A DNA stretch of 64,000 nt from Nemertoderma westbladi. Its lineage: Eukaryota > Animalia > Xenacoelomorpha. Below, in pieces: positions 46,901 to 59,000 of this stretch. Positions within the stretch are counted from its first letter, which is position 1; each line of letters begins with the position of its first letter. Position numbers and translations under genes: made by a program. The stretch covers positions 21,406-85,405 of the forward strand of contig JAUCBJ010007108.1 of NCBI GenBank assembly GCA_032718475.1. Direction: 5' to 3'. Below the pieces are notes generated by a model. It did no database searches. It had not been told where the DNA came from and saw only the letters and a list, made by a program, of their open reading frames with translations.

Positions 46901-46978
46901 GCTCAACAGGAAATGACGACAGGAGCTATAAATAGTCCAGCCGTCCAAGCTGGTATCAGTCAGGCCTTGTCCAAATAG
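25885..46978 (+). CDS. SCAMP: Secretory carrier-associated membrane protein, short SCAMP4/5-like form, 6 coding exons, ~231 aa
   Basis: Exons 25885-25939, 26498-26626, 27018-27189, 28985-29086, 45335-45452 and 46859-46978 all have GT/AG boundaries with compatible phases (696 nt total). Hallmark motifs [52 protein letters not shown]. Confidence 0.92.
26498..26626 (+). CDS. SCAMP: SCAMP exon 2
   Basis: [42 protein letters not shown]; TAG acceptor, GTAAGT donor. Confidence 0.93.
27018..27189 (+). CDS. SCAMP: SCAMP exon 3 (TM1 end, TM2, E-peptide)
   Basis: [14 protein letters not shown]...[18 protein letters not shown]; TAG acceptor, GTTAGT donor. Confidence 0.93.
27305..27802. repeat. 41-bp minisatellite, ~12 copies (AGTAGGCCCCTAAGGGTAGTGCTAGGCTAGGATACAGCAGC)
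   Basis: Direct inspection; lies in SCAMP intron 3. Confidence 0.95.
28256..28961. repeat. 19-bp minisatellite, ~37 copies (CAACACAATACAGCAACTG)
   Basis: Direct inspection; occasional shorter or variant units. Confidence 0.95.
28985..29086 (+). CDS. SCAMP: SCAMP exon 4 (TM3)
   Basis: [33 protein letters not shown]; TTTCAG acceptor, GTAAGT donor. Confidence 0.93.
29961..31356 (+). mobile_element. Merlin (IS1595/ISXO2-like) DNA transposon with frameshifted transposase
   Basis: 26-bp perfect TIRs GGTATTACTACACCTTGGGTCACACC; 9-bp TSD CACGTGTTC (29952-29960 / 31357-31365). Motifs [44 protein letters not shown]. Confidence 0.93.
31615..32115 (+). pseudogene. CR1/L2-type LINE ORF2 fragment (end of endonuclease / linker)
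   Basis: Degenerate TLIDNILT...ISDHLPIF and [18 protein letters not shown]; continues at ~39690. Confidence 0.7.
32328..39134 (-). mobile_element. Academ-type DNA transposon (~6.8 kb), degraded, encoding transposase + XPG/PIN-like domain + Cys-rich C-terminus
   Basis: TAGTGGGGTCGCTTAAGG...CCTTAAGCGACCCCACTA termini, ~130-bp TIRs with subterminal repeats, 3-bp TSD GTA. ORF pieces 36949-32998 contain [38 protein letters not shown] and a Cys8-like cluster. Confidence 0.85.
39691..40800 (+). pseudogene. CR1/L2-type LINE reverse transcriptase fragment
   Basis: [46 protein letters not shown] with stops and frameshifts. Confidence 0.88.
40900..43080 (+). pseudogene. piggyBac (PGBD3-like) transposase remnant
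   Basis: LHFND...DRLFK...[25 protein letters not shown]; YFDNYFTS at ~42268; YN.H.GGV..LD at ~42587; Cys-rich C-terminus. TIRs not identified. Confidence 0.85.
41314..42214. repeat. 43-bp minisatellite, ~21 copies, inside the piggyBac transposase
   Basis: Unit GTTACTATGGCTCCTGATGAGCCAAACATAGGGGCCAGCTCCA; corresponds to transposase residues [14 protein letters not shown]. Confidence 0.95.
43178..44095. repeat. 43-bp minisatellite, ~21 copies, with internal hairpin TTGTAGC-N6-GCTACAA
   Basis: Unit TTGTAGCGAATATGCTACAAGGTGTTACAAAACAAATTACATA. Confidence 0.95.
45335..45452 (+). CDS. SCAMP: SCAMP exon 5 (TM4)
   Basis: (C)[39 protein letters not shown]; CGCAG acceptor, GTTGGT donor; phases fit exons 4 and 6. 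Confidence 0.88.
46859..46978 (+). CDS. SCAMP: SCAMP exon 6 (last coding exon)
   Basis: [39 protein letters not shown]; AATAAA at 47179. Confidence 0.9.
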   Translation: MHGVYRQSGASLTKAQQEMTTGAINSPAVQAGISQALSK

Positions 46979-47280
46979 TGCTCACATTCCTTAATGGGTT
47001 TTATTTATTACTTTACAGTATAAATCGTTACTGTAATTGTAATACACTACTGTAATTATGTGTTGGATAATTCAATGTAATGATGGTGTTACATAACATC
47101 TTTTGTTATACAAAGGCATTCTTGATTAGCGCGAATAGTACTACGCATACTATATACAGTTTATAAGGACATTAAGAAAATAAAGAAATTAATGATAAAA
47201 TTGTTGTTTTCTTATATACTGTATAAATTTTTTCAATTTTTTTCAATGTTTTTTATATAATATTGTTTTATTCTTGTGCC

Positions 47281-47707
47281 GTAAGTATGAGACGCCGTTT
47301 AAGGCAAAAGTTTAAAATAAAATAAATTTCACGCTTACAAAATATATTGAGATTACAAATTTTTTAGATACCTTGGACAAATTGTTAGTTTTCGGCCGAA
47401 AAATTAATTTTATTTTTAAATTTCCAAATTAATTTAATTAAATTAATAAATTTATTTATTGAAAAATTAATTTTATTTTTAAATTTCCACCGAAATATTT
47501 GAGATGAAAAAAATTTCATCCGAAAAAATAAAAATTTCTGAAGAAAAATTTTATTACAGTACTTTTTTTATGACATACACTAAAGTCTTTTTTGTACCGA
47601 TGCAATTATATATGTTTTTTGTAATCCGAATTTTTTTTGCATCTCAATAATTTGTAAACCTAATATTTTTTCTAACCTTTTAGCTTCGACGGCGCCTTAT
47701 ACATACA
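47281..47707. mobile_element. Probable MITE with imperfect TIRs
   Basis: GTAAGTATGAGACGCCGT... is imperfectly inverted as ...ACGGCGCCTTATACATAC. Confidence 0.4.
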
Positions 47708-48303
47708 TACCTAGTCTGTGTAGGGCTTATGGTGTTTTAGCTTGAATGTTTATTGTATTTCTTTGGGTTGTGTTGTAATAAGCTTCCTATTATTAGTCTT
47801 TGTTGTTAAAAAATACAGACAAGGCCTACAGTATGTGCGCACCCCACAACACAACTAGAAAGCCAGCAAGCTGGCTATAAGAAGACTGTCTATAAGACAA
47901 CAAAATCGAAAAACTAAATGATAATCTAATCCCCAATCAAATATCAATCGCAATCAATATATAAACCCCTCCCACCCTCCATGCAAGCCTTGGAGAAAGC
48001 AGAATTAATGTCATGACCAGTTCGGAGTTCTCCATAGACAACCCACCCCAACCATTGGATTTACTGAGACACACTCAACACTCCGGCCAGCTTGCCACCT
48101 GTCTTCCCAGCTAGCCAGACTAGATTATAGACAGACAGACAGATAGAGAGACAGACAGACAGATTATACAACGTTGCTATGATACAGAGAAAATCCTTCC
48201 CTATTCGCTACCATAGGCAAAGTTCAGGCTGCGTGAGGGAATATTACATATTTATACACTATTTTATTTTCAATCAATAAATAATCATACATCTTTATAT
48301 TAA

Positions 48304-48975
48304 TGTGACGGGATTGAGTTCAATGATCCCGACCGTGTAAGGCTGTACGCGTCACTTAGTTGCTGGTCTGCTGGGCTGGTATCTTTGGCCGAAGGCCGTC
48401 GGGAAAAATAACAGAGTTTTGGTTTCTCGGTATTAATCTCAGCGATAATAGCACAGTCGGATTAATGAACAATATAGATTGTAATATAAATGATCACAGC
48501 AACAATACAGTAATCGTAGTATAAGTTACAAAGGCTATAAAATGACGGTCAAAACTATTGCCGGTCCGCAACTGCGTAATAATGAACTGACCGGTAAATC
48601 AGTAATCAGAGTAAATATATGATTGATACATATTGGTTTCACCTCTACATTACTGTGGCCTTTGATACCCAATGGATGCCCTCCTGTCCTTCCCCACGTG
48701 CTTCCCTGCCCGCTATTGGCTTATATACTAATTGTCACTTCGGCACTCCCTGTAGGTGTTACTCCCTGGTGCTAGCCTCGCTAGCTGGGTTTTCCCTCTG
48801 AGGTGGTTTGACCTCTCACCTCTCTCTGTGGCTTAGGGCGTGTGTCGCCCCCCCCCCCCCGAGTTGGTTATGAGGCGAGATTATTTATTGGTAATCTCGC
48901 ATCGCCAACTATATTGGTAAAATGCCACTGGTCCCATTTTAGGGTGGAGAATGAAGGGAATTGAATCCGCTTACA
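48304..48975. mobile_element. Solo LTR (672 bp) of an unrelated family
   Basis: TGTGACGGGATT...AATCCGCTTACA termini with 5-bp TSD ATTAA on both sides. Confidence 0.8.
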
Positions 48976-49730
48976 ATTAAACACTCGAATATAATAAAAA
49001 CTTTGTGAAAATGGGACACGGCAAATGGACCTGTGCTATTTTTATACAGCAAGAGCTTAATTTTACCCGCTTAAATAATTAATAACCGAAATAACAACCC
49101 AAATAATCGATACATTTCTTTGTATATTTGGCCATGAAGTAGAGCACTTCTTACCCTTCCAAGCCAATATCAATGTTCACAAACATACAGACAAACACAC
49201 AGACGTTTTTTTTATTACAGCAAGAAGCCCTGACGGTCTTCTAATAAATGTTATAACTCAATGGCATGGGGGTTGGAGACTCCTGATCCCGCAGGACTAT
49301 ATCCAAACTCGTAAAAACAAGTCTTTAGATCCCTGGGACTTTAGATTGTGGGGGCATTATATTATACTGTGTGTATATCCCACTACACACCCACTTTATC
49401 AAATTACTGCTACTGGAGTAGCGGCTCAAACCCTAATTAAAATTGTCATTTAACCTCTAAGACATTTAGCGGAATTTTTGTATTATTGCAAAGGCCCAAA
49501 GGGGAAGGGCCGTGACGGCAATTAGACCACCACTGAAACCTGCTCCTTTCCATCAATCACTAAATCGAGTAATTTATTAATGTATACGGACCAAAAAAAG
49601 GTTTGATTCTGAATCTCCAAAAACATGCCAGGGTTTGTTTGGGGCGGCATCTCCCAAAAAGAGGGTGTGTTTGGGGAGGGCCCCGCGCGGCAGCCCCCCT
49701 GTAAACTCTGATCATAAATCAAATTCTATC

Positions 49731-51351
49731 TACTACTACTAGGATCGGCATGCTGCATTGCAGCTGCATTTTTAAGAATGCTGTGCCGGCTTGTCGACAA
49801 AATTGCGCCGCCACAACTCCCTATCACCCATGACATTTGCTAGATCATCCGCATCTTCAAAGCCAGTGTCCTTTAAGATGCGTCTCAAAAAAGTCATGGG
49901 CTGTCCACCATGCTTATTCACTCCATGAGGCTGCCAATGTACAAGGTTATGCACTGGCTGGTCCTCACGGCGAAAGCAATGACCTGCAAAGCGGAGGCGA
50001 TTTTGTTCTGGTGTCAAGCTTGGGGGAACCAATGAGACACCTCCAATGTTATAGTGTTTGGTTGGAGATGTGTGCATTGTACTTGACACAATGAACCCGG
50101 CGTAGCATTCTTGTGAATGTGCCATCCAGAGATTTGGTGTCCTCAGCAGTTAGAGCCCAGCATGGATTCCCATAGAGGAGTACTGGAACTATTGCTGCTC
50201 TAAATAATTGGACCTTAAGTTTCCGATTAATTCTCGGTGACTTCCAAATCCTGGAAAGCCTATTCAAGGATGCCCATGCCTTTCCCTTACGTATTCGAAG
50301 GTCTTCACCTGACTTCCGGATCCATGATCCCAGGTAACAGAAGTCATCCACATGCTCAAGCATACCATCCTTTGAGCTTATGCTCATCCGATCAGAGACT
50401 TGCTGAGGACTTTCAAAGTTAACTGTCAAAATTTTGGTCTTTCTGGAGTTAATAAAAGACCAACACTAGAAGAAGCATGTTCTAATGAGCTGCGGAGCCG
50501 TTGGGCTCCCTCTAGTGATTCTGAGAGTACTCATAAGTCATTGGCAAAGTCTAGATCAGTTAGGTATTTGGCAGGATTTCCTCGACTTCTGGAGCCAGTA
50601 GGTGGAGTTATCATCACCCCGTCATCATTATGATGATCTAAGGACATGCTTAGAACATAGTCAACCACAATTATGAACAAGAATGGTGCAAGTGTGTCTC
50701 CCTGGAAGACGCCCCATAACACTTCAAATGGTTCTGTGTCACCGTCAACAGTAGACACAAATGTTGTCGAACCATCGTATACTGATCTGATTGCTGCAAT
50801 AATTTCATCAGGAATCCCATGTAATGAAAGTATGCTGAACATACGTGAGCGAGAGACTGAATCAAAGGCCTTGAAGAAGTCAACAAAGATAACAGCCAGA
50901 TGCCTGCCTTTCTTTTTGATAACTCTTCAATTATCCTTCTAAGTGCCAAAATGGGCTCCATGGTCCCACGACCTTTTCGGAACCCATTCTGATTTCCACG
51001 GAGCAGTCTCTCAATGGGATCCCTGATGCGATGTAATATAATTCTATTGTATAGCTTTGCAGCAATCGAGATCAATGAGATTCCCCGAAAAGAACCATAG
51101 AGTGTTAGGTTGCCCTTCTTGGGAACTGGCACCAACTTATTTGTTTTCATTTCTTGTGGGACTCTTGATGTTCGGTACATGTCTACTATTATGGGATAGA
51201 TGAGCTTTAAACACTCAGGTATTTTAAAGACCTCAGGAGGAACACCATCTACTCCACTGGCACGATTGGTCTTAATGCTCTTTGCAGCAGCCTTCACTTC
51301 TGCAAAGGAGATATCGCCAATGGGAATATCTGGGAGTACAGACTCAGACAC
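49731..51351 (-). mobile_element. 5'-truncated RTE-clade LINE, copy 1 (frameshifted RT)
   Basis: QNGFRKGR, GVFQGDTLAPFLF, LDFANDL, RLRFAGHCFR; (TAG)n tail. Near-identical to 62511-64000. Confidence 0.9.
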
Positions 51352-51399
51352 TTTTACTTCTATAAAGTTATCAAAATCAAAATTGAAAATAAAAAAGAA

Positions 51400-52308
51400 G
51401 TTAAATACTTAGGCTCCAAATTGGATTGTAGTTTATCCGGAGAAAGCATTGTTAAAAATATTATTGCAAAAGTTAATGGCAGACTAAAGTTTCTTTATCG
51501 ACATAAAAATAGCCTAAATTTTAATTCTCGTAGTTTGCTTTTTTCATCTTTAATTCAATGTCATATTGAATATGCAAGTTCATCTTGGTATGAAGGCCTA
51601 ACTAAAAATCTCAAAAATAGGTTGCAAACAGCTCAAAACATGGTAGTACGTTTTATTAATGATTATAAACCACGTCACCATTTATCCCCTGAAGATTTTA
51701 ATCAGTCTGGTTTATTTAAAATAGACAGCAGAGTAAAGCAGCTTCGGCTCAACCATGTACATCAAGTTTTTAATGATAACTGCCCTAAATACTTGAGTCA
51801 AAAATTTACCAAACTGAGTGATACACATTCCTATGGCACATCAAATTTCTATATTCCCAATTGTAAATCCTTTGAAAGCGAAACCTTTTTCTTTAACGGA
51901 ATAAAGAATTGGAATTCCTTACCGAATAACATTAAAAATATTAAAAATGATCATGCATTAAGTCTGCAGTAAAATCCCATCTCCAAGACCAGTGCAAATT
52001 CGTATATAGCAGTATTTAGTTTAGTTCAATATTAAATAGGTGCATGACGTATTTTATATATATCGTATATATTATAATTATATAATTATTCTATATACAG
52101 TAGTTAGTTTAGTTTGTATTGGTAACCAAGTAACTTGAAGGACCTCCTTGGAAATAAGCTGCAAAGCTTTAGGGGTTATCCTTTATGTTATGTTGGACAA
52201 TACTTACTATACATTAATAATTTTATCGAGTTAATGAATTTGTTTCTATTGTTTGCATAATATATAAATAAATCTATCTATCTATGTATCTATATCTATC
52301 TATCTATC
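51400..52308 (+). mobile_element. 3' fragment of an L2/CR1-type LINE with (ATCT)n tail
   Basis: KVNGRLKFLYR...LIQCHIEYASSSWY...LQTAQN...WNSLP (post-RT region); AATAAA then ATCT repeats at ~52270-52308. Confidence 0.8.
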
Positions 52309-52520
52309 AGGCAATAAATACCCTGTCATTATTGAGGAGCTTTTCTATCGGACAAGGGTAGCCTTTAGCCTACATTTGTGTTTTATGCCCTGGTGAAGGG
52401 TTTTGTTTATTATATTTTACTATACCTTAAGTCTACGGCCTAAACTGGCTAAACCTCAAAGAAAATGTACCACAGGTCAGACACAGTTATTAGTAATACT
52501 GCCCTAGTGCCCTGCAAGAT

Positions 52521-54187
52521 GGGTAAATCTTTTGCGTAGAGGTATAGCCTACATAGAGGCTACATGTAGGTATGTGTAGCCTACATGTAGATGCACGTGT
52601 AGGGTGAATGTAGGTAGGTGTAGGTAGGTCTTTAAAAACAACAATGATGAATGAATAGGCCTACACGGGGTACCCGGACCCGAACTTCCTCGATGAGATG
52701 CGAATGCGGCGAACGGGGGTGGTACCCGGAACAACCACGAAGAGATGCGCATATGGCGGGCGGTGGTACCCGAAACAACCAGGAGGAGATGCGAATACGT
52801 CGAATGGGGGTCCCCTGAATACCCACGAGACGGAGCCTATCAATACTACAGTACTGACAAAGGAAAAAACGACTGAACGATATACCGATACATACTGTAG
52901 ATCTTATGATCCTGCGGGTTCAGGCATGGAGGCTAATGACTTTGTATGGGCCGAACGGCCCGAACCTGATGTTTCCAGTCAAGGAGGAATCGACTAACGG
53001 TTAGGGTTAGAGCTCGTCGTCGGTGTCCATGAGGGTCTGAGGATGAGTGGGTAATTCAACAAAACGCTAACAATGATACCGGACTGACTGATTGAACCAG
53101 AGTGGCGATGGTAGTCGCTGATGTTTATATATATTATATATATCATGTATTGATTGTTAGTAGATATTTTTTTATAGTATTTGTTTATTAAATTGTCTTC
53201 AATGTCTATATTGATAATATTGTGTGCTGTGCTGATTTTACTTATTTTTCATTTTATAAATCTTGCTGTGGCCGTTTTAATCTACTAAACTGCCGTATCA
53301 ATTTCATGATATTTTAATGGATATGCAATTTAACTTCTTCTTTCTATTAACTTTCAATGCAATCAAATATAACTGTAAAGCTATTGACTTTCGTGTTATT
53401 GTTTTGCTGTTACTTCGAGATGGGATTTGAATCCCATCGGATTACTGATTAATTCCCATCATCGAGATGGGAATACTTTATAATGAAACAGTGTGGTGGT
53501 CCGCGGGATAGTGGGAAGGGATGGGACTGTTGCTGGTTGGTGGAATGTGACTGCCTGAAAAATTAAAACAAACAAAACTTCCAGACTTCTATATTTTTAC
53601 TTTCAAAACAAAACGTCCAAAACATTTCAATGCTGAAGTACTGTTCAAGTCCCATGGATGTATGGTTGATAAACAGATAAAGAGGGGCAGAGGGGGGTCA
53701 GGGTTTCTGGTAGACTATAATCCCCGCGATGATGGCTGTTATTGTTTAGGTTACTCTTACTCAATAAACATATAAATCAGAACGAGTTAATCTAATGGAA
53801 CGATGCCTTTCGTGGCGTTAGCATACTCAAATTTATTAGGGCATAATATTTATGACGAGTAAGGGACTTTAGTATAATCAGAACGCGATGTTTGATATTT
53901 ATACAGTACTGCAGTATGCAGTAAAACCTGTTGTCTGACAGCAGACAGGTCTGCATGTTGATGTACCGTATTGTACCGTGGAGATCAGAGATTATTGCCA
54001 TACATCCTGATTGACGACCGTGTATCACGTTACTGCAAGTTGACACATAAATTACATTAATATCTATGGGACTACACCTACCTACATTCACCCTACACGT
54101 GCATCTACATGTAGGCTACACATACCTACATGAAGCCTCTATGTAGGCTATACCTCTACGCAAAAGATATACCCAAAAGTTATACCC
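52521..54187. mobile_element. Non-autonomous DNA transposon, Mutator/MULE-like (~100-bp TIRs, 9-bp TSD)
   Basis: TIRs 52521-52623 and 54072-54187; TSD CTGCAAGAT (52512-52520 / 54188-54196); no transposase ORF. Confidence 0.8.
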
Positions 54188-54484
54188 CTGCAAGATTGCA
54201 CTTCCGGGTTGCCTAGCCTTATGATATCCTCTTTCAGTCCATAGACCATTACAGAATTACTGCTGTACTGCCAGACTGTTAACTGTTACAGTGTAAGGTA
54301 CCTTATCAGCATATCTTCTCATACATTCTTCGCGAGGTCTACCGGTAGGGTACTTAATCCATACTCCTGTCCTGCTGTCAGCCTGTAGTCCGTCATGTCA
54401 TGTCAGCATGTACCAGTGTAGGCCTACTGCAGTACTGAACTGACAGACTGATGTCAGGCAGGACAGCAGGATTACACAGACAGA

Positions 54485-55780
54485 CAGAGTCAATGAGAAT
54501 GGAATATTGCTAACTTCAAAAATGTCAGGTTACCATTATTCCAAAGTAATCCTGTAATCAGATAGCCTATTACTGTATTACAGTAGGCCTAATTAAGCAG
54601 TTAAGCTGCTAGTGTTAGTCAGTTAGTACTGTAGTAATCGAGTAAGCCATATAATATTATATTGTACAACAGTACAATACCAGGCATACCAGTAATATAT
54701 GCAAAAAAAATACTGTATATAGCAGTATAGTACAGTAGGCCTAGTATAGGCCTAGGCCTAAGTGGATTAGTTTAATTACTACTGTACTATGTGTACTACA
54801 ATGATGTAAACTGTAAATGAAATATTTATAAGTTAAGTCTGGTTTAGCTGTTTTGTAGCCTAATACTGTAATAAACATACTGCTGTACTGTACAGCTGTA
54901 CTTATCAACTTATACAATATCTCATTGAAGTTATGTAGTAATACATAATATTCAATGTTGGCAAATACAGGATGACAGTGGACAGGTCTCACATATCAGT
55001 TCATCAACCCGAAACTCGTGTTGCGTTTTATTCACACAACTTCAGAACTTTTATGATACCAACCACTTCGTGCAAACGGGGTGTAAATGCTACGCCGTAA
55101 CGCCGACAACCAACTGACCAATGCCGACAACCATCAGACCATTATTAAAGTTAATTAATGTTATTTATTAATTGAGGGAAAGGAACAGATTACAGTGGAA
55201 GGTTAGTCTAACCAAAACAATAAACGAGAGTTACGAACAGGTTACATTTCCATAGGCCTAGGCCTATTTGCTGTTGTCGGCAGTGGTTGCCGGTTGTCGG
55301 CGTAGTGTTTACACGGGTGCAAACGCTACATACATCCTATCCATTAAATTGGTCCAAGGTCTGTCTGTAGCATTCCCGACACGCGAGTAACAAAAAGAAC
55401 AGTGCTGGCAGGCTGGACAGCGTGTAAATGGTTTAGTTTCGCAGTCCGTTATCCTTTTATCAATTTTTTGTTTGTGTCTCGATAATGCAGATAGATATGT
55501 TGTTGTGTACTTTTTATCGCATAAATTACATTCCACTACTTTTTTTAATCGTCTCATTAGCATTACTGCTCCCATGTAACTACTGAACTACCATGAGAAA
55601 GAATAAGGCCCCTTTAAGGCTTAAAGTATTGAATTAACTTCGGTATACCTTGTATAATGAAACAGACAAGGCCAGCAAGGGTAGAATAGGCCTAGTGAAT
55701 ACAGATAGGCCTACTGAGATATGGAATAATGGTAACCTGAACTTTTTCTTGTTAGCGATATTCCATTCTCATTGACTATG
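54485..55780. mobile_element. Possible old non-autonomous DNA element with ~55-bp imperfect TIRs
   Basis: AGTCAATGAGAATGGAATAT...GGTTACCATTATTCCA is inverted at 55722-55777; internal BED-finger-like remnant VECNLCDKKY...LSRH. No TSD seen. Confidence 0.45.
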
Positions 55781-56053
55781 TGTTAAACAGGATTAACGTG
55801 ATTGGTTGCTGCTTAGTAGCAGCTTACTCTAACCATATTACTTGTTTTATACAAAATGGAATAATGTTAACTGGAAAAGCCACGATCTAAGCACCAGTGG
55901 CCTTGCGCAGCTCATCATGTGAGAAAAATTGTTACAGAGTAAAGTATCATACCCTTTGGACGACTTTACCTAAATTATTTCTACAGTTTTAGGAATGCAC
56001 ACAATACAGGGATAGGCAGACAAAGTCTATACCTATATACAACTGTAAAAATC

Positions 56054-59000
56054 ATGTCTGCAATATGTGATTGTCAATCCTTCCCTAGTGGGAAGCAGTT
56101 TGTGTTGTGTAATTGCTATGAAGTCAAGATTGCCTACATTGATGATTCGAAAAGAAACTTAATTTCGGTGGGGGTGAGCTCTACAGAAAGTATTGAGAGC
56201 TGCAGTGTTTCTCCTAATGGACAACTAATCACTGCTTGTACCTTGCAGGGCAGTGTATTTGTATGGAATGTGTCTGGTGAAATGCTTCAGAGCATCCCTC
56301 ATTCCAAAATGCAAACGGGTTCATCGCTAATGGAAGAACGACGTCGTATTATTTTTCATCCCACTAATTCCAGGTTGATCGCCACTTGCTCCTTTGATAA
56401 AACTCTGACTGTAATGTTATTGGGTGATTCTGGTTATAATTCCTTAATTTCATGTATTCATGCGGATCATAAAAGCACAGTGACTGATGTAGCATTTTCT
56501 CCTGATGGCCACTTTTTGGGTACCTGCTGTGGTGATAAAACTGTGCATATGTGGCTTTTCATGGAAACCAATAGTAAATCGCCAGGATTACTTTCCAATA
56601 ACTCATTTGAAGAAACAAACAAAACACTTGGACTTCGTTTAGTTCATATGTGGACTTATGGAAGACGTGAAATGCGTACAACATGGAGTTTGGCATGGTC
56701 GCGTGATTCATCCCTTATTGTTGCTGGAGGTGAGAGTGGTTGCTTTTGTATTAGAGCGTCAAATGGTAGTCCAGTATGGGATCGTTGTGATATCCGTACA
56801 CGTCGAATTGCATTCAGTCCGGTAAATAATGAAATTGCTGTTGTTTGTTGGCAGTCTTTAACCATTAATATCTTGGAAAGAAATACAGGAAAACTGATTC
56901 GTGAAATAACAGCAAAGCCAGGCAATGGTTTGATTCAGTGCATAGGTTACACACCGCCTGGTGATAAGTTGTTTGTTGGCTTTACAGAAGGGGCTTGGAA
57001 GCTGGTGGAACTGGTAGGTCACCAATTTGCAAATCTGCCTCCAAAAGGAGGTACAAACTTAGAGGTACATCTTAGTAACCTGATAGATTCCAGTTTTCAA
57101 TTACTCTCAGAAGAACTTCAACAGCTCTTCTATAACTTGATTTTACAAACTGAATATAAGAACATATTTGATATAGAATATCTGTGTCATCTTTGGAATA
57201 GAGACGAAGTGTACATTAGAAATGTTGTCAACGAATTTGCAAATAGATCATTGATTTATTGTAATCAATATAACAATGAACTATATTTACACCCACTATT
57301 ATCACCATACATTATACAAGGTGCGCATGTAGAAATATTATCCCGTGGACCTGCTGCACTGGCAGCTTATAAATCCGCTGCAGCCAAAGGAATAACAGTA
57401 GTCAAGCGACGTCGTATTATGATTGTTGGCCAAGAATATTCGGGAAAAACAAGTTTGATGAAGGCTTTGACTGGTCAAGATTTTGATGCCAATGAGGGAA
57501 TTACTAATGGAATAAACACAAATACGCATATCAAAATTGATAGTGCGAAATGTACACAGTGGTTATTGCTAAAAGATGGGTCAGCATTTGTGGATGATTT
57601 TGATACAATTTTGGCCAAACAAACAGCTGCAACACTTTTATTACGAAATAAGACACCAGCAAGTGACACTGCATTACTTTCAAAACCGGAGTCAACATTT
57701 AGAGTTACAGATACATATGGGTTATATTCAGTTCAATCAATTGATTCAAATATTCAATCCCATTTGCCCCCTGGAGAATCACTATATGGTGAAGTTGATG
57801 TAATGGAAGAACCCATATACGAAAATATTAATGCCGGTGCACCTGATGTGTATTTTGAAATGAAAGAATGTGATTCGGGGTGTTTCAGCAGCATGCCTGA
57901 TGGAATTAAAAGGAAGTTTGAGAGTATGCTAAAGGCTGCTGGAAGTTACTCAGCATTCTTAGACAGCATAGACACTGAATGTAGAGAACGCAAAGCAACA
58001 ATTTGGGACTTTGGTGGTCAGCAAGTCTACTACACAACTCATCAGTTATTTTTGACGAACCGTGCTGTCTTCATTATAGCGTTTGACATGTCAAAACAAC
58101 TTGATGAACTAACTAAAATACGTTTTAGACCTCATAGCAATGATTGTAGAGAACTTGAATATGTAGAAGAAGATATGAAAAACATAGAGTTTATTGATTT
58201 ATGGCTATCGAGCATTTTTTCAACTTTACCAATGAAGGATGGCCACCCAATTGGTCTTCGTTGTCCAGATGTGTTCATCGTTGGTACACACAAAGGCTAC
58301 TTAGACTCAACTAAAGCAACTTTCGATAACATGAAATCCTACATTTCTGCATTTATTAAAGATAAACCCTACAATAAGTACTTAAATATCAAATACTTTG
58401 CCGTGGAGAATAATCGAATGATGCGACTGCCAGGTGACAATGAGATTGAGAGGTTGCGTGCATGTATTGTTCAGGCAATGGAACATGAACAGTACAGTGA
58501 TATAATTCCTGTTAAATACTCAAAATTTGAACATCTTTTGAACGACCTGATTAGGAACAATCGATTATATTTAACAGTATCTGAATTACGAGATTCTTTG
58601 CATCTAATCGGAGTCGAGTTTAGCAGTGATGGTCTCACCAGAATGCTTAACTTATATCACGATATAGGGTTAATTTTTTATTTTCATGAAGACAATTTGA
58701 CTGAAATTGTTGTATTGCAACCTCAGTTTCTCATCAATGTATTTCGAAGGGTTATTACTGTTAGTGATGTAAAATTGGACGAACATATTCAGTTATGGAA
58801 TGACTTAGATCACAGAGGAATACTGAATGATAAACTTATTGACTACATGTGGTCGGATATTCTAGAACATAAATTATGTTTTCTTAAAATTATGAAGCAT
58901 TTTGATTTACTATGTGAAAGCACACCCCGCACTGGTTCCCCACAAGATGAATTATTCTATTATGTCCCCTGTCGGTTAAAACGTTTCCGCGACCAGACTA

